Made by a program: the position numbers and the translations under genes. Below the pieces are notes generated by a model, which saw only the letters and a program-made list of their open reading frames with translations, was not told the DNA's origin and did no database searches. Shown one piece after another: positions 11,291-23,644 of a stretch of 64,000 nt of DNA (its first letter is position 1; the number at the start of each line of letters is the position of its first letter). The stretch comes from Rhizodiscina lignyota (taxonomy: Eukaryota): NCBI GenBank assembly GCA_010015805.1, contig ML978136.1, forward strand, positions 248,001-312,000. The letters are read 5' to 3'.

Positions 11291-13435
11291 ATGGCCCAAT
11301 ATCCAGACTATGAAGGTCTCCAACTCCACCCCGAGGACGACGGACTGCAAGTCTCTCCATCAGACGGCCCTGAACGCGTACCACTGGAAGAGCCAGGGGA
11401 GAATGGCAAAGAAGTTGCGCGCGACGACGAGAAATTGGCCATTGGCACCGACGACCAGAGCCCAAAGTCGACAAAATATTTCCTTGGTCTCCGGCCACAA
11501 TCATTCTGGATCACGTTCATCATCATTCTTGTTGTTATTTGTGCTGCAATCGGTGCAGCTGTTGGAGCAACCTCGAGAGTGCGTCTCATATTACATGTGA
11601 TCATTGCTGCCCTTGCTCACAGCAGTATGCTACAGACACGCAGCAGCAGTGCTCCACTGCCGCCGAAGCCCTCCTCATTGCAGCCCAGGCCTGCTTCTCC
11701 GACATGCACACACGGCCCAGGGACGAGGAACTGCTGGAGCGACGGTTTCGACATCGACACAGACACGTACGAGAAATGGCCCACCACGGGGAAGGTGGTT
11801 CGATACGAGCTTGAGATTACCCAGAAGACAATGCAACCCGACGGTCTTTTAGCAGACATGTTAGTAGTCAACGGTCAGTACCCTGGACCGACAGTATACG
11901 CTGATTGGGGCGATACATTGTCCATCACGGCGACAAACTCCCTCCCGGAGAATGGCACCGGCCTTCACTGGCATGGCATACGACAATTCCACACCAATCA
12001 GATGGATGGCGTGCCAGGTGTTACAGAATGCCCCATTGTTCCGGGTGCCAGCAGGACTTACACATTTGTTGCAACGCAGCATGGCACTTCATGGTATCAC
12101 AGCCATTATTCGACTCAATATGGAGATGGACTTGCCGGGCCCCTTGTCATAAACGGTTTGTCTGGCGGATAGAGAGGTGGGGTGTACTTACCGCTAACGT
12201 TTCAAGGCCCATCAACAGCGGATTATGACATTGACTTGGGCGTCTTGCCAGTCACAGACTGGATCGACGGCGCTCCTCCAGGCCCCATCTACACAGATCC
12301 GGACCATAATCAATGGGCTTTGGACAGGCGCCCTGTCGCCAGTAACTTTTTGATCAATGGCTCCATGCTATGGTGGTTTAATGATACCGTTGGCCAATAC
12401 GCAGTAACGACGCTCACACCGGGAAAGAAACACCTTCTCCGACTTGTAAATACTAGTGCAGCTTCATGGCTGCACGTGTCCCTGGATAGCCACTCTTTCC
12501 TTGTCGTTTCTGCCGACTTTACGCCAGTAAAGCCATTCTCAACCAAATCCTTGTCAATGGCCATTGGCCAGAGGTATAATGTCGTCATTGAAGCAAATCA
12601 AACTACTGGAAGCTACTGGTTTCGTGTCGGGAGCGGCAATGGCGGTTGGGCAGATGTTTGTGATGAAGCCAATATCAATGAAAATCGAACAAAAAGCATC
12701 TTTAGGTACCATGGAGCTCAAGCAGGAGATCCGAAGAGTACTCCAAGCATCCTACCGATAGGCTGCTATGATGAGATGTCGCTCGAGCCGTACGTCAGCG
12801 CGAACGTCCCCCCTTCGCGCCCTTCCACGATAGCTATAGCCTATGTCCCACCAAAGGTACACAACACTTCGAAGGTAGACAGCAATGAGATTCCTGGCCT
12901 ATGGACAATAAACAAGACGGCAATCAAAGTTGACTGGGCAGTCCCCAGCCTGCAACAAATTGCATCGAATGATCTGAGGCCCTTCAGGAACGCATCTCTC
13001 AATACGACCTCGCCAAATGAGTGGGTGTATTGGCATTTCACGAAAACTGGGCCCGCAACCGATGTGGCCCATTCTATGCACCTGCACGGTCACGACATGT
13101 ATATTCTAGGCTCTGGTACGAATTTTGAGCAGGATGCCCATAAGCTTAATTTTACAAACCCCATGCGCCGCGATACAGCCGCAATCCCAGGAGGCGATAC
13201 TGGCTACTTGGTTGTTGCATTTCGCGCGGATAACCCTGGCATATGGCTAATGAACGACCAGAATCTCTTTCTCATGGCTGCGGGGTTGGGCTTTCTGTTC
13301 GTTGACAATTCGAGTGACATCATCGGCACTCTTGGGGATCTCGGTGACCTGAAAGCCGACTGTAAAAACTGGACTGCCTCTGGCCCTGTGTATCCGGGAG
13401 CCAATGCAGCAGTACCACTCGATTCAGGCCTTTGA
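11291..13435 (+). CDS. Laccase-like multicopper oxidase (AA1) with N-terminal transmembrane anchor and a degenerate L4 copper motif
   Basis: L1 HWHGIRQ...DGVPGVTECPI, L2 GTSWYHSHYSTQYGDGL and L3 HSMHLHGHD are present. L4 reads DNPGIWLMNDQNLFL. Introns are 12156-12206 and probably the in-frame 11579-11635. TM segment: FWITFIIILVVICAAIGAAVG. Confidence 0.9.
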
Positions 13436-13717
13436 ATTACACGCCCGGACTATTGCCTGCTGCTTTCTTCTGCGTAGCGGAAGCCCTATTCAAATCAACT
13501 CAGCCTTGATAGCGCCATCAATGATTCGCCGACAAAGGAGGATCGGGGTCTCACAGTATCGCTTGCTGTCAGATGCAGGTGATTGAGCTTTGTCACTTGG
13601 CTTCAGTCGCAATTGGATAGGATATCCTAGGCATTCAATTATCGCTCAGCTTTTCACACCCATGACAAGAGATACCTCCACAATGCATAATGAATTTCAA
13701 TTTCATGTAATGCTATC

Positions 13718-14634
13718 TCAGCTCTTCAACGCTCCACCAATCTGTCTCTCTACATCCGTCGCCACCATCACCGACTCCATCTGCTTATCACAATAATCAT
13801 GTTGTTTCCTGAAATAATGGTTCTTCCCATTCACCTCTACCGCGAGCCCATAGCCCTTACCGGCCTCCACCTTCGTCCCATACGCATCGGTCATATCCTT
13901 CCCGTCAACGAGCATCAGCACCGACTCCACAATCTTCTCCACAGGCGTAAAATATTCCTCGGGGAAATTTGCCCAGCCTTGTGCATCTAGCAGGTTCGTG
14001 CGCACGGTGCCAGGGCAGATACAGTTCACTCTAATACCATCGTGCAGGAAGTAGTACTTCGCAATACTACGCATCAAACCAACGACACCAAACTTAGACG
14101 CGGAATACACAGGGCTGAATGGCGAAGGATACAGGCCACCACAACTCGCCGTCTGCACGATGATGGAATCAACGCCTTTCGGGTTCTTCTTCATGTAGTG
14201 GTTCGCAAGGTACGTCTGCCACACCACGCTCGTGAGGTTGACATCCAGCGTCAGCGTGAACGGCGCCGGCGGCGGGTCTTGTTCGTCTGCGGTGTCGTAG
14301 AACGACCTCCTCTCTACGATCCCGGCGTTCGCGAAGACGAAGTCGAGCTGTCCTTCGGCCTTGAAGATCTTGTCGAACGTCTGCGCGAGCGAGTCGTAGT
14401 TTGTGCAGTCGACTTTGTGGAAGTGTGCGTTCTTGCCGATTGATGACTCTGCCTTCGCGCCGGCGTCTGTGTTTAGGTCCAGCAGGTGGATGTGCCAATT
14501 ACCGCGCTTCCCCAAGGCTTGGGCAACGGCGAGTCCCATGCCGCTGGCTGTATAGAGCGTCAGTGGTTACATAATTTGGGGATGTTGAGAGGAGACGGCG
14601 TACCTCCGCCTGTGATGAGTGCTACGGGAGGCAT
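13718..14634 (-). CDS. Short-chain dehydrogenase/reductase (15-hydroxyprostaglandin-dehydrogenase-like, NAD-preferring)
   Basis: Exon 1 MPPVALITGG splices to ASGMGLAVA, giving TGxxxGxG. An Asp follows beta2 (HLLDLN). Also FANAG and catalytic YSASK. Confidence 0.9.
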
Positions 14635-15333
14635 GATTGCTGAATTGAAGATCTTTCTCACAAATTCTTTACTCTTTGCTTGTGTACGATAAGGACTGAC
14701 GATGGATAAAAGAAGTAACAGACCACGAAGTGAATTGGAAGAAACCGATGAACGATGAGAGATGTACAGCTCTCAGCCATCCTTGGACACCTCCATTATG
14801 GTACCGCCTTTGCCGGTCCTCGTCACAATTCTACTCCCCAACTTACTCGACGCGTTTTCCGGACGCGTCCCACTGGGCATTCAGCTCAAGCTCCAGCGCT
14901 AATGATGATCCTGCGTGACAATGCATGGTGGGCAGTGGAGGGGTCCAGCCGTCGTCCGCGAATGGAAAAGGCGCCTTTGCGGGGTCCGTCTTCCGCAGCA
15001 ACCTCGCCCTTCGCTCACCACGACACTGGAAAAGCAGAGCCGCGACCTCGAAGTTCCACGCCGTCGCCCCGCCTATGCGCACCGTCGTGCGAGTCGTTGA
15101 GCGATGGGTTTGCGGAGATACTCATGTATGTCCGAATCATGTTCTGTGACGTTTCTGCCACGGCGGCCGAGAAAAGTCGGAGAGAAGGGAAGTGACTTTC
15201 GAACTGTTTCGGCTTTACCTCTCTTCAGTCCTTTCCACATTCTAGTTATCCTCAAGAGTTTCCCTGAACACGTTTCTATTCCGAGTGTAACTCTCTTCGT
15301 ACATTCTCTTGACTCTCGACTGCCTCGCCCACA

Positions 15334-16923
15334 ATGGCGTTCAGCTTCTCAAAGTCCAACCTCCCCAAGCAGCTGTTCATCAACAACGAATTCGTCGCCT
15401 CGAAGCATGACAAGAAGCTGAAGCTTTACAATCCCGCTGATGGCTCTCTCGTCGCCGATGACGTCGCCCTTGCTGGCGAGCAGGACGTCGATGCCGCAGT
15501 CGCAGCGGCGGAGAAGGCCTTCCCAGCTTGGAGAGCTATAAGCTCCGGCGAACGACGCTCCATTATGAACAAGTTCGCACAACTGATTGAGGACAACACA
15601 GTTGCATTGTCGGAGCTCACGAGAATCACTCTTGGCGCTCCGTACGTGAGCTTCGGCAAGTTCGAGGCGGGCCTGGCCGCAGAGGCGAGTAAAGTGGAAT
15701 TGTTTAAAGGAGCAAGAAGCTAATACAGGAGCACACAGGCATTCAGATACAATGCCGGCTGGATCGACAAGTTCGGCGGCGAGTCCTGGCCCCAAGAAGA
15801 CGGCTTCATGAAAATCGTGCGCAACGAGCCCCTCGGCGTCACCGCAGGCATCGTGCCCTGGAACGGTCCTCTCGGCACCATCGGCCTCAAGGCTGGCCCG
15901 GCTCTCGCAACTGGCAACTGCTTCATCCTCAAGCCGTCCGAGAAGACGCCATTCGCCTCCCTCGCGCTCGGCCCGCTGATCAAGGAGGCTGGCTTCCCAC
16001 CGGGCGTCTTCCAGGTGCTTAGCGGCGATGGCACAACCGGAGCGTTGCTCGCGAGCCATATGAGGGTTCGCAAGGTCAGCTTCACGGGCTCGATCGCGAC
16101 GGGAAAGAAGATCCAGGAGATGGCGGCGAAGAGCAACCTCAAGCGCGTGACGCTCGAGCTGGGCGGGAAGAGTCCCGCGGTCGTGTTCGACGACTGCAAC
16201 CTCGACAACGCGGTGACGTGGACGGCGAATGCGATCACCGCGAATACGGGACAGGTGTGCTTTGCCGCGAGCAGAGTGTACGTGCAAGAGGGGATCTACG
16301 ACAAGTTCATTGAGGGGTACAAGAAGGCGATGGAGGACAAGAAGAAGGATATCGGGGATCCGGGCAAGGCAGAGACGCTGATTGGACCTCTGGTCGACGA
16401 GGCACAGTTCAAGCGCGTCTCTGGATTTATTGAGCGAGGTCAGAATGGCCAGGGCAAGTTGCTCACGGGTGGACAGAGGATCGGGGACAAGGTAGGCTGC
16501 ATGACACCATCTCTCCACTTTCGTCCTGCTTGAGTCAAAATATTGATACTCGACTCACAGGGCTTCTTCATCGAACCCACCGTCTTCACCGACGTCGACC
16601 CCACCTCGGAAATCCACACGCAAGAGATCTTCGGCCCCGTCTCCGTCGTCCGCTCGTTTAAGACGGAGGAGGAGATCATGGAGTTGTCGAACAACACCAA
16701 CTTTGGCCTGATGGCCGGCGTCTTCACGCAGGACATCAACAAGGCGATGCGCGTCGCGAGCAACTTCGACAGCGGCATGGTCGGCATCAACTGCGTGAGC
16801 TTGATGTTCATGATGACTCCGTTCGGCGGCAGCAAGGAGAGTGGGCTGGGACGGGAGTGCGGCATTGCGGCGCTGAGGGCGTACACGGATCCGAAGACTA
16901 TTATGGTGAATTTGACGTATTAG
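15334..16923 (+). CDS. Aldehyde dehydrogenase
   Basis: IVPWNGP, LKPSEKTP, SFTGS, LELGGKSP, catalytic Cys in GQVCFAASR, EIFGPV and PFGGSKESG. Introns are 15685-15738 (GC-AG) and 16492-16560. Confidence 0.95.
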
Positions 16924-17038
16924 GTACTGGAGTTGTAGCTTTTGAATTTGCAATTCAAATAGCATTGGAATGAGAATATATAGCATCTAGGAGCCATTTC
17001 GAGGAGTCTATTCTCGTGTGTATTCCCATTCTACTTCT

Positions 17039-18330
17039 TCAATGTGCAGGAGGAATCAACTTCCCCTGCCTCATCCGATCGAACACCACGCCCCACGCCT
17101 CCATCACACTCCTCTCCTCCTCAAATCCCGTGCTGTACGTCTTCGTCATGTCGTACTGTCTGTCGAAATCGAACTGCGTAAGCAAGAAATACTCGAAGCC
17201 CTTGAACGTCAGATCGCTGTCCGCAACGCCCTTCTTCAGCCCATACTTGCTCTCCAGCTTGTACCAGGTGTCGACGTGATCGCTGATGTATTTCCGCACT
17301 TCGATTGGATCACCTTGCTTCGGGGGAGGCGTGCCCTCGAGACCAAAGTATGCACATAGTTGCGGCCATTTGGAGGACCAGGTCTCGGGTTGCTTTGCGT
17401 CGGCGACGTTGAAGCCTTCGCCTTTGTGTGCAGGCGCGAGAGTTAGCGAGAGGTGGATTGTTTGGCGGGCGATCATGTCGGAGGAGGAGTCGTTTGACTT
17501 GTTGACCCACGATTTTGCCGTGCCCTGAGAATTGTTCAGTGTATATCCCAAGAAGATGCATCAGTCAGCCGTACCGGAAACGGGCATTGTGCTCCCTTGC
17601 CCTCGACTGCTCGATACAGTGCTAAGAATATTCCAAGCACCGTCCCAAGGGAATAGAAATTTTGGTTCGGGACGAATCCGATGATGATGTCTGGCCGTGT
17701 GTCGCACCAGTTCCACTTCTTGTCCTTTGCATACTCCGTAACCCAGTCCAACTGCGGATGGTAGAACAGCAGGTCGTGATATGGTTGCTTCAGGCGAGGG
17801 AAGCTCTCCTTCAACGGCACATGGATATAATCCGTAGGATGGTCCTCTAGCAGATGACAACCATACATCTTCGCGCCAGTCTGCAGCACCACGAATTCCA
17901 ATGCCGGGCTAAGATGGTCCATGGCTATCGTCGAGCGCCTGAACATGTCCACGGCATCCAGCAACTCGGCGTGGAGATCCTTCTGCGCTTTGTACGCGAG
18001 ATAGTAGACATGCGTGACTTTCTCCACTTCTTCAACTTTGGATTTGATTTCAGCCTCCAGCTCTTCCTGTGTGCCTTTAAGCAAGTCTATTCCAGAGACG
18101 ATGTTGAGACGAGGGTCGGTCGGCCATAGCGAGTCTTCTTGCTTTAGTGGCCGATTCGTGAGAGCGTGCACTTTGGTCCAGATGCCCTTCTTCGGGTAGT
18201 CGTTTAGCATTTCGTTCACAAAAGACCATCCTGATGTGACTCAGCGTCCTGGTTTAACAACTTGAACGGATGGAATGTTACCGGACACGCCAGACGCGCC
18301 GAAGATCAGTGCAGCCTTCCCGCCACCCAT
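17039..18330 (-). CDS. PRISE/SirQ-like NAD(P)-dependent reductase (progesterone-5beta-reductase/iridoid-synthase-like SDR), copy 1
   Basis: ALIFGASGVSGW, ALTNRPL, VTHVYY, LQTGAKMYG, LFYHPQ and RPDIIIGF are the PRISE motif set. At least 2 introns. Confidence 0.85.
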
Positions 18331-18972
18331 TCTGGTTATCGTGGAATAACCTTTATAGACACGTCTAGAAAAAAGAGAGAGAGAACCAATTGATCAGAAA
18401 ATGAAGGGAATTGAAGAAAGTTCGGATACGCGTCAACGACTTGGAACGCTTCAATTACGGAGCAGGCGCGTCTCTGACCTGCGGAGAAGCCACGCACACT
18501 TCCGCAAGGCACGCGCATCGGGGTCATGTTGATCGATCCGTGATGCCGTCACTTACCTTAGCTTCCGCATGTACAATGGGTACGTCCTGGAGTAAGATGC
18601 GGGTTTGCTCTGCCGTTCACGAGATGGAGAGATGGATGGAGCCCCGAGCTGCCCCCACATCACATGGGGGATGTCCTTATCCGTCATTGTGACGAGTCAG
18701 GATAACATCTCCTTTGAAGGAGCATGAATCATTAGAAGGATGGGATCCATAGTTATGAAAGAGTGAGGAACATCGCAGTCTGAGACTTTCAGAGCTGACC
18801 ACCAAGAATTCCATTATCGATTTGCACAAGCTTTGGTAGATTCGAAGGCCTAGGGAATCGTATGCATTCAGGGGTCTAAAACCAGGTCGCTTAATCAACG
18901 TCTTGAGCGTTATGAAAATTGCATGCCTAAGGTATAGGCCTTGTAACACAGCATCATACAATCAGATGCACC

Positions 18973-20365
18973 TCAAAATGTCTCAAACTCAATTCCCCAC
19001 TTCTCGCATAGCTCCTTTCTTCTAGTTTCGTACCCGTCAAACCTTGCCTTGAACGCCGGGGCAGTCTTCAGTTGATCTCTTCCAACCTGATGTCTATGCG
19101 CAGCATCCGGCCCATCAGCGACTCTGACAAATCTTGCATATGTCCACATCTCTGGCAGTACCGTATGCTGCGTCAGTCCTTGTCCTCCATACATTTGCAT
19201 GCATTCGTCGATGATTCTAACCGCCATGTTCGGAATCAGAATCTTGCTCTGAGCAATGGCATATTTCCCAGCCTTGTTGCCCTGCGTGTCCATCACATCT
19301 GCAGCGTTAAGAACCACCAGCCTCATGGCATCAAGCTCGAGCCGCATTTGGGCTAGACGCTCAATGTTGCTGTCGAACTCGCCGATCAGCTTACCGCGTG
19401 GCTTCTTGCGGGGATCGATGGCGCGGATGAGAGCCAGCTCGTACGCACGCTCCGTTTGGCCTATCAAACGCATACAGTGGTGGATTCGGCCAGGGCCGAG
19501 ACGACCTTGTGCGATTTCGAACGCACGCCCGGGTCCAAGGATGATATTCTCAACGGGGACGCGTACATTCTCATAGACGTACTCGCCATGGCCTTCGGGG
19601 GCATGATCGTAGCCCATGATGGTGAGGTTGCGCTTCATCTTCAAACCGGGAGTTTTAGACGGGACAATCAGTGTAGTGTGCCTTCTCCAGCGGTTTGGGT
19701 TCGTGGGGTCGGAGCAGCCCATCAGTATGTAGATGCCCATTTCATCGTTCCATTGTGCATTGCCGTAGAGTTTTCGGCCGTTGATAACGACAGTATCGCC
19801 TTCTATCTTCATGCTGATGCCGATTTGGGTAGCGTCTGAAGAGGCAACATCGGGCTCAGTCATTGAATATGCGGACGCCATGGAACCCTCCATGAGAGGC
19901 TTTAACCATTTCTCTTTCTGTTCCGGAGTGCAGTATTTTGCAAGCAGCTCAATGTTGCCTGTTTCGGGGGCGTGGCAATTCATAGTCTATGAAGTTGTGA
20001 GCTTCAGCAGTCGCATCCAAGTTAAGAGAGCATACTTGTGCTGCCCAATAACACCGTCCCATTATCTCTGCACAACATGAATACTCCAAGTTCGTAAGAC
20101 CAGGGCTTTCTTCGAAGTGATCTGGCAAGAAGAGGTTGAAAAGACCCGCAGATTTCGCCTTCTTCCTCAGTTCATGCATAACTGCCGGCGTCTTCCAATG
20201 GTCTTTGGCAACTTGTGCCTTGTACACGGCTTCTGCTGGTATACATTCTGTCTCAATCCAGTCATAGACTTTTTGAATGATATCGATTGCCTGCGGTCTC
20301 AATTTCGCTTTCACCCAAGAGGGGATGCGATTGAATGCTGGGTTGTCTTCCATTGAGACGGTCAT
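18973..20365 (-). CDS. Acyl-CoA dehydrogenase, ACAD10/ACAD11 (LvaC-like) class
   Basis: GLFNLFL, GLTNLEY, NCHAPETGN, MTEPDVASSDA, AQGRLGPGRIHHCMRLIG, and RVADGPD (Asp-type catalytic loop characteristic of ACAD10/11). One intron at about 19987-20035. Confidence 0.9.
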
Positions 20366-20523
20366 TATGGTAGTTGAAACGATTGGAGAAGAGGGGCGAT
20401 TCAGAGGTGCAGTAAGAAAACTGAAAATATTCCTTACAATTTTGAGATGAAGTCAAATTCTCTAGGAGCTCGGCATTTACCACGACAGCCGCACAAAGGT
20501 CTAGCCAGACGCGCACCACATGT

Positions 20524-20529
20524 CCGAGG
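20524..20529. promoter_or_regulatory. Putative FarA/FarB (fatty-acid/peroxisomal regulon) site CCGAGG in the ACAD/hydrolase divergent promoter
   Basis: Exact CCGAGG hexamer. It is a short motif and could be chance. Confidence 0.35.
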
Positions 20530-20739
20530 TGGAGGTCGTGTTGGAGACGCGGCGCGGCGGCGGGGAGCGCGACTGGGGAAGATGATTTCCGGCGCTGGCC
20601 TCCGTGCTAACAATTACACAGTACCAAACGTCGTACAGAGCCCTCCACTCTTCGGCCAAGGCTAGGAACGTCATGGCAGTCGTATATGTGTCCTGTGGGT
20701 GCATGGTCGACCGCATTCGTCAGTTTGAAGCCATTGAAA

Positions 20740-21807
20740 ATGGGTGACGAAGTTTTTGCGCAGCCATGGCTGGAGGTTGGTTCCGTATGAATCTCTTCTC
20801 ACGAACAAATTACTGACGTGTGAGAAGTTTGAAAAGGAGCTAGGATTCCGTCCTCTCCTTCATGGTCCTCTCGACAATGTCTTTGCAGGATGGGAGAAGC
20901 TCGGCGGAGCGCTCGTGTCCAAGTTCGAGTTCCCAGCCCCTGACGATTCGATACAAACCGAAGATCGGACAATAGATGATGGCCTCAAAGTACGGATCTA
21001 CACACCAAAGGACCACTCTGGAAATAAGCCTTTCTGCTTCTATACTCATGGAGGAGGATATGCTATGGGAGACTTAAATATGGACGATGGTGGATGCCGT
21101 GTCCTGGCGAGTGCAGGCATAATTGTCGTATCTATCGACTACCGCCTCGCACCGCAGCATAAGTTTCCAGTTGCTTTGGATGACTCTATGACCGGCCTGC
21201 ACTGGGCGTTTAAGAATGCCCAAAGCCTTGGTGCTTCACCGGAGAAGGCTATCATCGCAGGAGCGTCAGCAGGTGGTCAACTGGCGCTGGGTGTTGCTCT
21301 ACGGCTGATCGACGAAGGGAAAGGCGATCTGTTAGCCGGAGTCATCGCACAAGTACCGATCACCCTACACCCGGATGCTGTGCCTGAATCTTTGAAAGCC
21401 AAGTTTACTAGCTACGATGAACATGCGGAGCATACTGTCAACACCAAGAACGCGATGGCGGCCTTCAACGGTGCATACGACCCACCACCAACGCATAAGT
21501 ACTTTTCGGTGTTGTTGCACGACAAGATAGACGAGATGCCGAAGACATATATTACGTGTGCCGGTGCGGACACGCTGAGAGATGATGCTCGGGCGTTTAG
21601 AGATGCACTGAAACAGAAAGGGTGAGCCAAAGCTACAAATTTGTGTTTAAATTTCATTTTGCTAACGGGTTTAGTGTCCCATACAAGTACGACGAATATC
21701 CGGGCTACCCTCATTACTTCTGGACATTCCCTGCCCAATCATTAAAGGCACCAGCAGCCGAGTACAATAAGAATTTAGTAGATGCGGTGAAGTGGATACT
21801 TTCATGA
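20740..21807 (+). CDS. Alpha/beta hydrolase, hormone-sensitive-lipase (Abhydrolase_3) family esterase/lactonase
   Basis: Exon 1 MGDEVFAQPWLE, intron 20776-20827, then HGGG, DYRLAPQH, nucleophile GASAGG, acid in DTLRD and His in GYPHYF (last exon). Confidence 0.9.
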
Positions 21808-21917
21808 TACTCCGTAGATTACGAACTATGAATGAACTTTCGAAACGAGCCTTGATCATTACTCGAAATTTGACTAAACAATGCAATGCACACAGACGCC
21901 CACCTTGCATACCTCAT

Positions 21918-23253
21918 TTATGGAATAATCTTCGCTTTCCGAAATCTATCAAATGCAGTATACCACGTCTGTTTCGTATCCCATTCTTCCGCCTTTTCTC
22001 CCCATGTCTTCAGCGTCTTGGTCATATCCATCTGGCGATCGAAATTCAACATGGTCATAATGAAATATGGAAATCCGCCGAAGCTCCTCTCATTGCCCAC
22101 TCTCCCTGCCTGTAACCCGTGCTTCTTCTCCAATTCTCTCCACTCTGATAAATGCTCTGCCACATACTGCGGAGGCTGCGGTCCACTGCCTCCTGCCGGC
22201 GGGGGTGTACCCTTGAGCTCGAAATACTCGCAGATCGTAGGCCACTTGGTCGACCATGAGGTCGGCTTGGATGAATCGCACGTGTTGAAGGCCTCGCCGT
22301 TGCCACAGGTTTCAGGATGGAGAGATACATAGATACTGAAGCGTGCAATAAGATCCTGGCCGCTGTCGTTGGAGAGGTTCGTCCACGATATCTCTGTACC
22401 AGGGAAGGGGACCTCAGCACCGGCGCCATTAATCGTACGGTAAAGGGTGAGGTATAGAGCAAGGTGTTGGGCGAGGCAGTAGATGTTATTGTTCGGGACA
22501 AAGCCGACGATCATATCCGGTCTGCCATTTTGACGTCAATATAGCCTGAGAGGTTAAAAAGATGATAGGCGAGGAGGGTAGCATACCGCACTTCACACCA
22601 AGTCCAGGACTTGCCCTTCGATAGAGAGTCTAGCATGTCACACTGATTGTAGTAAAACATCTCAGATGCGTATGGTTCTGGTATGCGGGGAAGAGATTCT
22701 TTGACCGGTAACTCATTCGGCCATGGAAATTTGTCCAGGAGATGGACACCGTATGCCTTCGTTCCTGTAGGAAGCACGACGAACTTGAGCTTTGTTGAAA
22801 GGCTGTCAATTGACTCAACTGCTCGCTTCAGCAGATCAACGTTGATATCAATCTCTTTCTGAAAGAGAATTAGCCTTTAACGCGACGCGTTTTGGAAATA
22901 TATATACTTGTGGTTCAGGATCCATGATATATGCTGTTTACTGTCAGACAAGTTTCCTACTCCAGCTGGGCCAAGCTAGTCTCACCAAAGAAATAAACAT
23001 GAGATACAGTGTCGACATCTTTAATGCGTTTCTTCATGTCCTCCTGGACCCCGTCTTTACCCAGATCGATCCCACTGACAACCTGTAGCTTTTCGCTCTT
23101 CGGCCAAATCGCTGCATCTGCACTCAATGGCCGATTCGTGAGCGCCGTAACTTTGTCGAATGCTCCAGCATCTGGATATCCTTCCAATATGGCGTTGACA
23201 ATGGCCCAGCCAGTAATACCGCTGGCACCGTAGATGAGCGCGTGATTCCCCAT
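21918..23253 (-). CDS. PRISE/SirQ-like NAD(P)-dependent reductase, copy 2
   Basis: HALIYGASGITGW, ALTNRPL, VSHVYFF, LPTGTKAYG, EMFYYNQ, IVGFVPNNN and FDRFRKAKIIP. Several introns. Confidence 0.85.
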
Positions 23254-23638
23254 TCTGACAACTGTTGATGATGCAAGAAAGTACAGAAAATATAAAGAAG
23301 AGATTGACAAAGCAGATTGAATTGAAAAAACCAAGGGAAATATTTTATCCCCTTGTGCCTGATCACAAGAGCAAAGCGCGTCTCGTCGCGCCCGTCCTGG
23401 AGAAGCCCCTCCGCAGCAGCGGAGCTTGCCCCACAGTACCTACCTCCATGGCTGCTTGCGTTGCATGAGGCCTGAATCGCTTGTCATCATGGCGACTCTG
23501 TTTGGGCCTAATGATTCTGTCAGAGCTTCCTTAGGCGTTGGTGCTGTGGTAGGTGACGGTTAACGAAACCCGGCCCGACCCTGAAGGCGAGTCTCGGGGA
23601 GAGGCCAAAGGCTTGTCCCAATTCGGTAATAACCACCA

Positions 23639-23644
23639 CCTCGG
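23639..23644. promoter_or_regulatory. Putative FarA/FarB site CCTCGG in the PRISE2/APH-kinase divergent promoter
   Basis: Exact CCTCGG hexamer about 190 bp upstream of the kinase ATG. Confidence 0.35.

Noticed and set aside
15349..16518. 389-aa antisense ORF over the aldehyde dehydrogenase
   Set aside because: A shadow ORF produced by high-GC codon bias of the sense gene, with no recognisable motifs.
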